A stretch of DNA of 35,067 bases from Sphaeroforma arctica JP610 (Eukaryota): positions 1-35,067 of the forward strand of contig NW_014039931.1 in the NCBI RefSeq assembly GCF_001186125.1, read 5' to 3'. Shown in pieces: positions 25,223 through 35,067 of this stretch. Every line of letters starts with the position of its first letter. Position 1 is the stretch's first letter. The notes below the pieces were generated by a model, which was not told the origin of the DNA, made no database searches, and saw only the letters and a program-made list of their open reading frames with translations. The position numbers and the translations under genes were made by a program.

Positions 25223-25978
25223 TGTAATAGCCGGGTCTCCACGTTAGAATCTTGTATATAAACGTACTCTTAAAAGTACCTAAAACTAAGTTATCTTAAA
25301 TGGGTTTTACGGTTTTTATTAATTAAATACCTTTTCCATTTCACGCATCAAATATTTGGACAAGGCCATTAAAGGCCCGAATAAAATATCAAAGATCTGA
25401 TTTGGACTAGTTCTATTATAATAGAACTATTTTATACTTCCAAATCTATTTATCTCTAAATACTTCGATAGCGAGATGGCTCAACCGAATATAGGTTTCT
25501 AGGGACTAATAGCGTTGCCTAGTTTATCCTCCGTCCAGCCAACCAGATTGATAATCCGATAATGGCTAATAGGTAATTCTTGATATGTGGCTAATTATTG
25601 GTTAATACAATAAATAGAGACATCAAGAGTATTCTTCTTTTCCTTTTTAATTTTTTCTTCTTCTTTTAAAAATAGGTTTTGATGAGTCTCTCGAATTCGT
25701 CCCGACAAAACATAGTAACAGTTTCGACTACATAGAGCGACAATGAAATGATAAATAAAAATTCCTTCGGCAAAAACATGACTGATAAGATTGTATTTAT
25801 ATAGGCAATGTCTCAGCCTCACAATCCCTCAGAGTATTGCTGTTTTCACGAGGCATACCTAGCTTTACTGATAGACTACTTTCGTTTAATATACTTTGAA
25901 TTCATTGAACTTTTAAACAACTTTCAGCGTTTAATTACACTAAGCCGTGATTACCGCTCTAGGATACCGCAATTTACA
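25223..25978 (+). mobile_element. Solo LTR (756 bp) with 4-bp target-site duplication GTGT
   Basis: Begins TGTAATAGCCGGGTCTCC and ends AATTTACA; flanked by GTGT at 25219-25222 and 25979-25982. It is the reverse-complement homologue of 34266-35034; TATA-like TATTTATATAGG at ~25795. Confidence 0.88.
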
Positions 25979-28539
25979 GTGTTAGAACTCGTGATTTATT
26001 GTTTGTACATATTTTCTGATATAAAAGTACTCTCACCTTAACCTCGCACGTTTCGCGGTAAGTATAGTTGTTTACCTTCATGTTGGCGTCCGTTGTGGTG
26101 TTTGTATGGAAGTTGAATATAGTGCCTTGTATTTCATTCGCTCGAAGAGACATTCTCCTTGACACCTGGGTTTATTAAAACGCTAATGTAAAATCAGGGC
26201 GTTCCTATATGTAGTAGATGTACATGATAAACGTATATTATAAACGTATGAGTTTTTAAACGCTATTACGGTTATAAAACCTGGTATACGTTGAAACGCA
26301 ATTGTAGATATTTGTATCTGTATAACAATCAAATAATCTAAATATAGATATATTGAATTTGCAGAAAACAAACAAACAAACAAACAAATAATCTATTTTG
26401 GGATGTTTAGAAATATAATTGTATACGACAGAGGCCGGAGACTGTTGAATTGATATGATGGTTTTTCTATATTGATATGTTTTCCATCAGAATATTGGAA
26501 TATAATAGTTGGAGAGTCTCAGGTGAAATTGACACTTGATGACACTTGTTATATGACCGAATTTTCTCAGCGCGAGATAGCCCACTGAGAAATGGGGTAC
26601 GAAAATGATCCCCCACTAGCCAACCGACTAGATGTTCCCATCTATGCCTTCAATGTGATGGAGAGCTAGGTACCATGTGATGGGGTATAGGTACAGACAT
26701 TTAACTGTACCATCATGGGGGTTTTTTTTCTTGTCTTTTTTTCTTAAGTTGGACTTAGAGTTATTTTATTGGTAATTGCGATTGGAAGGTTGTTTCGAGG
26801 CATGAAATGATATAGAACGAAATATCATACATTCAATGAAATGAAATCTGATCTTAGTTACTGACACCAAGTAAATCTAGACCGAAGTAATGAGTGATTA
26901 GAGCGGGGCTATAAACACAACAGTCTCGGTCTTAAAATCCTCTAATCTTTAGCTCATTACCAAGGGCTGAAGCTAAACTTGAAATTGCATTGTGCAAATT
27001 TACGTTGAAATCGTACTTTCTTTTGCGTTAACTTATAGACATCGATAGTCAGCCTGGTTAGTCGGACTTTACAATATGAGGGTCTAACTTATAAAATTTT
27101 GCATTCTTGTGCCAATCTAAGATAAACGCATGCAGCTGTATTTTCTGTGGGTAATCTAAATAGTAGCAACCTTGTGTATTGGATGGCCATTCCGTTGGCA
27201 TTTGTTTGTGTATCGTCAACGAGCATGTCTTCAACGTCTATTTAGACGTACGAATTAAACCCTGCAACGAACGAGCGTCTTCTGTGCGCCCTTCAGACTC
27301 TGCTTGCATCATACGTTGGGTAAGACGGAAGACCTGCACCCTCATCTCCGTTGCAGTAAGATTCATTGTGCACGACCCTGTGGGTGTTGATATCTTACAT
27401 CGCTTCACATCCTGCGTGTCCAAATGCAAATCCGCACGTTCCAACAAAGTTCTACCTGGAGGTTTCACCATAGCTGACGACTTTTGATTACGACTCAAAC
27501 TCAAATCACCAAAGTTGGTCGGCATATCCTTTGGTGTCGGAATTTCTTGTGCTCAATTTTGATGTAGATGTTTCAGTATTCGCCATTGAAAATTTACGAA
27601 GTTAGCGAAGTTGCTCACGAATGAGATGAATAATATCCGTAGCCTCTTGCACATGCGTCATTGTTCGCAAGTGTCCTTCATGATCAGAAATACACTCCGG
27701 ATCTTGTCTAAGCTTATCCAAGGTTGAAATCGAGTATTGGGCCACCAAAACCAAACAGGCCAGTGTCATGTGGATTTCTGCCTTCTTTTTTTATCTTCAG
27801 ACGTCTGTTCCTTAGCAAATCCCGTTTCCACCTTAGCGCACATTAAGGGCAATCGGCGAAGAGCACCAAGCAACCACACCGTTTCAATACTATATTAGTT
27901 ATTGGTGTAGTACTGGGTCCCTTCGTTATCGCAAGCATGATAAAATAAACTAAATTTATTCTTATTCGTTTAGTCTTTAAATAATGTAGTGTAATAAATG
28001 CAGTAGTTCGGCCACTCAAAGGTGTGGTCAAAACCGAGTAACGCTTAGTAAAGAGTGTTAAGTCTGAAATAAGTGAACTCCGTCAGAAATGTTATTATGA
28101 ACGGGCGCATCTGCTTTATTTATTAATCACGTTTTTAAGTCGAACGAGATTTTCTCCAACAACGGATAATTATGAAAATATCCGTATCAATGGTTACCGT
28201 CTATTAGTTACCAAATTATGATGACACCCGATGAGTTATAATTCTCTCTCATCCAATCCTCACTTCCACTACTGGCCGGTCCCCTCTAATGTATATCCTA
28301 CCCTCTCTCCCGCCCAATTGGGCGGCATTACAAAGGTCTATGATTTCTGACTTGTAATTTTTAGAAGAAAAAGTGACGTAATTTAAGCCAATAAGTGGAA
28401 AGTAATTTGTTCTCTGTCCCCTAATTTTAAAATTTGGATTTGGATTTCTATTGAAAATATAGCTTGTAAATTTGTAAAGCATGCACACATGCATGCACGT
28501 ATGTGTAAGTGTTCATTAAGCTTCGTCGCCTAGATCTTT

Positions 28540-29900
28540 TTCGCGCATGTGACTCATGAAGCAACCCCTTTGCACACCCAATGCTCACGTACTGCACTCT
28601 AATCCAGTTCTGCATTTCTTCTTAAGGCAGCCTGAGTTATTACAGTACTTTCGTGCCACTCAAACACCTAAAACAGTTTATCTATACTTGTTTTTCTTTC
28701 TCTCATGTTTAAGCGACTTAATGGGTGTTGCATGCGCACCTACACCCGAGGTGGTCGCTTCTGGTCATACTAAAATAGCTGCTGTTACCGACCTTTCACA
28801 CGCGATTTATATGTGTTGTTGAAAAGTTCTTTTGAGAGCGTCATATTTAATGTGCGCTGATCGACTTGATTCGCTGTTGGAGTACGTATACCTTTGTTTT
28901 AAAGTAGTAATGCATCTACCATACACATACCGAGAAGTGTCGTACCAACCCTCTTGTGCAAAGTTTGCACTTCTAGCTTCATCTCTAGATTGAGAGTATC
29001 TTGACGGTGTCGATTATGCCTGTCAACGATAAGACCGTTGGCATCGAATCTCTCTTGCTGTAATCATGTTTCCTTCGTTTCGAATTCTCTTGCGTGATAT
29101 AACTGTAGCCGGATTAGTAGTAGTTATTAGTAGTTACTAATAAATTATTTGCGGTTACGGTCGCACCACACGGTAGCTGAACACTATTTTCCGCAGCAAC
29201 TAGTCCAAATTTCACAGCCACTCTCTGGCTTCCTTTCCATTGGAACATAGCGAGGGAGGCCACCATTTAGCAACTATCCACCAATACCATACCATCTGCT
29301 AATACTTTCATCTACGCATATATCACTACTTGCTGTGATTGTGTGATCTTTATGTTCGTTAATTGCATCAACAAAACTTTTCACTGGTGACTAACGATGT
29401 TCTTAACTGTTTAGAATAAGCATGTCGGTTATTGTCTCAGCAGTCTGCAAGTGTGATAATATGTTGTCGAGTCTACGTCGCTCCATGAACCTTCCAAGGT
29501 TATATGGTGGGTGCATCTCGTGTTCGTATGCTTGCTTCCGCCAGCAATCGGCTCGTGAACTGAAGTCGATAAAACAGAATTACAAGCAAACGCCAAATCA
29601 TTAGAGCAACTCGCCTGGCGTGAGTGGTTGCGAGTACCTTTTGTCTCTGCTCGTTGTAAATGGTTCATTTGTTAACGCACACATAGATTATAAACGAGAT
29701 AGCATCTCGGGCCAAACCATCGCACGGTCTGTAGGTCTTATTATTTGCTATGAACTTCCATGGTGTTCTCTCAGCGGGGCGTACGTTGACTACACTTTTC
29801 CACTCCCAATCAACCCCATGTGCATTGACAGGCGTTGGTCGTACTACTGGTGTTTGCACCAAAGACGACCAAAAAATGCTACTCCGATCTTAACGTTGTA
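28540..29900 (-). mobile_element. Degenerate piggyBac-like transposase, C-terminal part
   Basis: Manual minus-strand translation near 28870-29040 gives VDRHNRHRQDTLNLEMKLEVQTLHKRVGTTLLGMCMVDALLL* (piggyBac-type D..N..RQ..L.LE.K...R....GM.VVDAW pattern), then a Cys-rich tail KYCNNSGCLKKKCRTGLECST. Contains stops; boundaries approximate. Confidence 0.6.
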
Positions 29901-30346
29901 ATGTAGTATGTACATGTTGTGAAGTAATCTGATTGCCTGTGCTTAGCTGTATAGATAAAATGTTTGACTGGTGTGACGGGGTAACGGTATTGGTAGCCTT
30001 TTGTTCTGAACTATCCGCAGTTTCTCTTTGTGCTCTCGCTTATTGGGTATAACACTGTCGAAATCTAAGTCTAAGTCTAAACCTCCCAATGAATCCCTAA
30101 GTGATAGTAGTATGGAAATTGAAGACCGTGGGTCATCAGAGAGGTCCGCATTGTGCTGTACAACATGATTGCTTGTATCTATAACTATCTATGGTTGCAG
30201 ATTGCCTATATTGGCAAGAAGCATGTGCTCAGGTATAAGTCCAGCGTCGATTTGTGGAGTTACATGGATATTTTGAAGCATGCGCATGCGCATGTGTATT
30301 GTTTGCGTTAGATGCTAGAATTGTTTGGTTTTGTGTAGTTGTAATG

Positions 30347-31800
30347 TCATCCCAATAAGGGGCCTGGCCCCGACGAGATCCACATCCTTCGCCCGAAGGC
30401 CGCAGTTGAGCGCACCATCGAACGCCGGACATTAGGACACCCCGACGCCAATAGCCCACTGATTAAACTTCTTGCCGAAGCATTCACAGAGCTACTGAAG
30501 GCGGGTACTTTCCCTGCAGCCCTGAACTGCAGCCTCCTGACAACGCACCCTAAGAAAGCCGATGCAGATATCACCTCCTCCGCCGACTTCCGCCCCATCA
30601 CGCTTACACAAATAGTCAGACGCATCTTGGAAAAGTGCTTTCTTAAGCTGATTACGAGCCACCCCGGCTCTGCTACACATGCTACCCAAGCTGGCTTCAA
30701 ATCACGATACTCCTATCATACCCAAGCACTTGCCGCCATGGAATCTGAGATACAGTCAGAAGAGAAGTGGAACGACGTCTGTCTGGACATTACCAAGGCA
30801 TACGACAAGGTTAATCTCCCACGCCTATGGGTACTCCTGCGCCACGCTAGAATGCAAGAAAACTGGATCAACTGCCTCCGCGCGCTATTTGAGGGGGTCC
30901 CTACCCGAGTGACATACCGCTGCACGCTCTCGCCTCTATTCCATAGAACGAATGGCATCCTACAAGGCTCAATCGTCGGCCCCCAGCTCTTTATTATATA
31001 CATGGATTCTATAGCTGTCACGCTAGCACAATTTCGGCCCAAGCTCCTCCGCTCTTTTTTTTTGTCGATGACACATGGATCTAAGTCTCTCAATCGGTTC
31101 CGCTCCAGCCCTTTTTAGATGACATTGATGCGTGGGGACACAAATTTGGCCTCGAACAGGGTGTCATTAAACCCCGAGTAATATCTACCGACTTGCGCGG
31201 CGCCAACCCTCCGTACAAATGGTGAGCTTATCACGCCGACGCTCGCAGACACACCTTGGAACACACGCTACCTCCCCATGAAGATGGCGCCCACACATTG
31301 TGCCAAACCGAAACGCTCCAAATATCTGGAATTCCCACTCTCTCACGGAATACCAGGGATCAACCTCGCCAGACATATGGAATCCCTGGCTGCAGCATTG
31401 TCTCAGGGTTTCGCCTCTTTCCACGCTTATGGCTTCCATGGCTTCAGCTGGCGACACCCCCGCAACCGACCGATGCTGTTCAAAACATTCATCATATTAA
31501 CGGGTACATATTGCCTGAACATTATTGCCTAGGCTCCGCTTATATGGAAGGATGCGCTGGACCCGTTCGAGCGCTACAACTCAGCACTCATCCAAGCAGC
31601 AGCCATCATCACGGGCACTAAATACCCTAGGTTTCTCAAACATCAAACAAGCTTACTTCACTTTCGTGGCATGCTCCCCGCGCGACCATTCGCGGACTAT
31701 CTCGGAGATTGTCAGGGAATACAAATCGACTCAATGGCCAGCACAAAACTCCTCACTTTTTGACGCAACCCGCCTAGGCCCACGACAAACCATCACTGCG
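30347..31800 (+). mobile_element. Degenerate non-LTR (LINE-like) reverse transcriptase
   Basis: KGPGPDEI, DFRPITLTQIVRRILEK, QAGFK, LDITKAYDKV, GILQGSIVGPQLFIIYMD, then F-V-D-D (TTTGTCGATGAC ~31061-31072) reached by a frameshift in a T run. Confidence 0.9.
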
Positions 31801-31949
31801 CTTCCTGTACCGTATCTATGCTCACCTGAAAACTGTACACAAAATGCGTCGTCTTCGAGGGAAGCCATCACTGTTCTAGCTATTTGCTGAGTTTATGCCA
31901 ATGAAGTGGATACATCAACACTTATCGTCTGCTACTAATGAAGGCCTGG

Positions 31950-32383
31950 TCAAGATAAAACAGTCTAATCTAACTATAGATGAGTACTGAGTATGGACCA
32001 GCATTCGCTTGATCATGTGCAAATATGATACTGTTGCAACGGCTGTTTTTTTTTCAGCCGTCCTCAGATGCAACGTACCCAACGCCTAATTTTAGTTCAA
32101 TGATGAAGCAGACACGATTCGCGGCCATCAGAGATTGCTTAACGTTACGACATGGAACACGTGATAGTATGGATGGCGGATGGAAGATACGTAGTATGAT
32201 TGAGGAGTTTATCAAAAAAAAATATGCAAGCTGTATTTTCGCCAGGATGGAAGATGTGCGTGGATGAATCAATGTGTCCTTGGGACGTGTATACCAGCTA
32301 CGCTAACTGTAATTGTCCGAGGAAGCCGTGGCCTTTTGGCAGCGAGTTCAAAACAGTAGCGTGCTGTTCTACCTATATCGTCT
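31950..32383 (+). mobile_element. Degenerate piggyBac-like transposase, N-terminal/first catalytic Asp region, cut off by an LTR at 32384
   Basis: PNFSSMMKQTRFAAIRDCL, WKIRSMIEEF, FSPGWKMCVDESMCPW, PRKPWPFGSEFKTVAC; frameshift in an A run at ~32214-32223. Confidence 0.85.
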
Positions 32384-32700
32384 TGTAGGTTTCGGTCTAT
32401 AAGGAGATATTAACGTCTTAGAATAAATAAACGCTTAAGTTAAGTCTAATTATGTTAAAGTTCAAAAATAAATAAAATAAATGAGTCTTTTAGTAAAGTT
32501 AGGTATGCCTGGTAAAAACAGCAATACCCTGATGGATTGTGAGGCTGAGACATTGCCTATATATAATCCTCTCAGTACTGTTTTCGCCGAAGAGATTTTA
32601 TCTAGTGTTTCGTTGTCGCTCTATTAGAAACTATGGTATGTTTCGTTGGGGTGAATCCGAGAGACTCATAAAATTCTATCTTTAGAAAAGAAGAAGAAAC
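32384..32700 (-). mobile_element. Partial LTR (3' part) of the same family
   Basis: Direct-repeat homologue of 34266-~34575 (TGTAGGTTTCGGTCTAT vs TGTAAGATTCGGTCTAT; shared GGATTGTGAGGCTGAGACATTGCCTATATATAATCCTCTCAGTACTG). Confidence 0.88.
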
Positions 32701-32734
32701 CTAGGTTTTTTTATCGTATAATACACCTCTGGGT

Positions 32735-33599
32735 GCTAAGTCTGATGCGTCCGTTGCTACTTCAAAAGGCACGCCATCGACTGGTCCTTGTACCACAGGG
32801 GCTTGTTGGACTGCGTGCTTGAGCGCTTTAAAAGCGACATCACACTCTTTGGTTCATAAGTCTCCTAGTTTACCTTTATGACATCTTAAGTGTCCAAAGG
32901 GTTTAAGATAATCAGCTAAGTGTGATACTCCATCGGAGAAGAAGTTTACAAATCCACACATGCTATTTACATCTCTTCCTGTAGTTGGTGTACGCCAATT
33001 TAAAAGGTGTTCCACCTTACCGGGGTCGATCACTATACCTTCCCCAGAAATACGATAGCCTAAGAGCTGTATTTTTTCTCGTTAATCTTGGAAGTTTTGT
33101 TCGTTGAGTCTCTTAAGGACTCGTCTGACAATGCGGCATGTTCGCCCTTAGTCTTAGAAACAATGACTATGTCATCTATGTAGACTTACACGTTAGGCAT
33201 GTCTGCAAACATTTCCTCTATTACTTGTGGGGGAAATGCTGGTAAGGGGTGCAACCCGAAAGGTGATCTTCTAAACCTGTATTGTTTACCCTTCCTGGTA
33301 AAAATCAAGTACTTACGATGGGATTCATAAATTTGCATTGGATGATACCCCTGTGTTAGGTCTATGGATGTAAACACCGTAGCATCTTCCATTCGTCTCA
33401 GTAACTCGTTTATACGAGGGAGATGAAAACTATGAGTCGGCAATAATTTATTTATTGGGCTCATATCTAGACATACTCTGACTTTCTTAAATGTTCCGTC
33501 AGAGTTGTGTTGATCAACTGCCAATAATGCTAAGTTAACTGGCGTTTGTTTGTAATTGATTTCGATTACCCCATCGGATAACCATTTCTGTTGTTGCAA
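32735..33599 (-). mobile_element. Degenerate Ty3/Gypsy reverse transcriptase to start of RNase H
   Basis: RVCLDMSPIN, LPRINELL, FTSIDLTQGYH, YRFRRSPFGL, *VYIDDIVI, LLGYRISGEGI, GFVNFF, FEVATDASD; stops and frameshifts. Confidence 0.93.
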
Positions 33600-34265
33600 G
33601 ACTTAGTGTGATAGCCATTGGTCGTCTCGCACTTGTCACACTTCGTAAGAAAGTGTGTACAGTTGGGTGCATGTCTTCCGTCCCAATAGCCGTTAGAGGT
33701 CAATTGATACATGTCATACCCACACTGTGCGTTGGCACATTTCTTAATCTTCTTATATGGAGGTTCTGCGCGTGCCCGTTTATTGGGTCGCGTTGATTGA
33801 TTAAAGTCGCGAGCACGTGTCTGGTTAGGACGCGTCTGATGAGGCTTATCATCTGACGTCTGGCGTGAGAGGTATCCTTGATCAAGGAGCTCGCGCGGCT
33901 TCTTATTTACCGCCTGTCCCTTCGAAGTTACTCGTTGTGCGGGGTAAAGAGTGAATACAGTGTCGTAAAACTGTTCCCACGTAAGTCGGGATAGATAAAA
34001 CTTTGTTTCATGTCCCTTGTCACGAGCCTCAATTGCGTACTTACGTCACAACTCAGTGTAAAGACTTTCACGGTCGTTGCTCCCTATGTTCTTACAAAAA
34101 AAATGCATAACCAGGAACTCGTACCATCGCTGAGCCTTGTCCTTTGCTATATCTGGACGTTTAAGGTGAGCATCAAGTTTCAGAATGTAACTCTGAATCG
34201 GAGTATTCTCAACAGGTTCAGTTGAGATGTAACTCGGTCCTGGACTGCGCATGTCCTTGCTTTAT
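33600..34265 (-). mobile_element. Degenerate gag-like remnant upstream of the Gypsy RT
   Basis: ORF 34046-34252 (SYILKLDAHL..QRWYEFL) and knuckle-like CDKCETTNGYH just before the RT; the protease appears deleted. Confidence 0.45.
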
Positions 34266-35034
34266 TGTAAGATTCGGTCTATCAAGGCGATATTAACGCC
34301 TTAGAGTAATTAAACGCGTAGGTAAAATCTAAGTATCGTGAAATTCAAAGTAAATAAACGAAATGAGACTTTTAGTAAAGTTAGGTATGCCTCGTGAAAA
34401 AGAAAAACTCTGAGGGATTGTGAGGCTGAGACATTGCCTATATATAATCCTCTCAGTACTGATTTCACCGAAGAGATTTTTTTTAGTGTTTCATTGTCGC
34501 TCTATTAGAAACTATGGTATATTTCGTTGGGGCGAAGCCGAGAGATTCATAAAATCCTATCTTTAGAAAAAAAGAAATGAAAAAAAAATTGAAAAATACT
34601 CTTCATGTCATTAGTTATTGCATTAACCAAGAACTTGCCACTTATCAAGAATTACTGACTTGCCATCATCAGACTGGCACATCTGGTTGGCTGAACGGAG
34701 GATAAACTAGGTAACGTTAATAGTCCCTAGAAACCTATATTCGGTTGAGCCATTTCGCTACCGAAGTATTCAGATATATATAAAAATGGAAAATAAATAT
34801 AGTTCTATTAATAGAACTAGACCAAATCTTCTGTTTGGTATTTTACTGGGGCCTTTTACTGGCCTTGTCCAAATATCTGATATGTAAAATGGAAAAGGTA
34901 TTAATTAATAAAACCGTTAAAACCCATTTAGGAAACTTAAGTTCCTTGTACTATTAAGAGTACGTTAATAGTATACGTACTGTTTAAGAGTACGTTTATA
35001 ACATAGAGTCTAATGTGGAGACCCGGCTATTACA
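34266..35034 (-). mobile_element. Complete LTR (769 bp), 3' LTR of an element extending beyond the window
   Basis: Minus strand runs TGTAATAGCCGGGTCTCC...GAATCTTACA; homologous to 25223-25978 and 32384-32700. Confidence 0.88.
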
Positions 35035-35050
35035 CAGCCCCTCCCCCAAC
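35035..35050 (-). other. Polypurine tract preceding the 3' LTR
   Basis: Minus strand GTTGGGGGAGGGGCTG lies immediately 5' of the LTR's TG. Confidence 0.75.
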
Positions 35051-35067
35051 TTTGAGACCCATGAGAA

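Noticed and set aside
28540..32383. Two piggyBac pieces as one element split by the LINE
   Set aside because: They are on opposite strands in an incompatible arrangement; no TIRs or TTAA TSD were identified.

Overview
Eukaryotic genomic DNA with GT-AG introns packed with (GT)n/(AT)n microsatellites and minisatellites. The style resembles a unicellular holozoan such as the ichthyosporean Sphaeroforma, but that is inference only. The left ~21 kb holds two + strand genes that I spliced by hand. (1) A 2-exon, 837-aa fusion of a bacterial-type formimidoylglutamate deiminase (HutF-like) with an intact M20 ArgE/DapE-like amidohydrolase, plausibly covering the last two steps of the five-step histidine utilisation route. 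(2) A run of 15 exons encoding a Myb/SANT-like (Harbinger ORF1/NAM-associated type) domain followed by an aminoacylase-1 (ACY1) domain that has lost its catalytic Glu and two zinc ligands, i.e. a probable pseudoenzyme. All junctions are in phase except one, which spans a 20-N assembly gap, so the Myb-ACY1 fusion is likely but unproven. The right ~13 kb is a nest of decayed transposons: Ty3/Gypsy gag-protease and RT, three copies of one LTR family (including a solo LTR with a 4-bp TSD), two piggyBac remnants and a LINE RT. The leading hypothesis is a small eukaryotic His/N-acyl-amino-acid catabolic locus with a neighbouring DNA-binding pseudoenzyme sensor.
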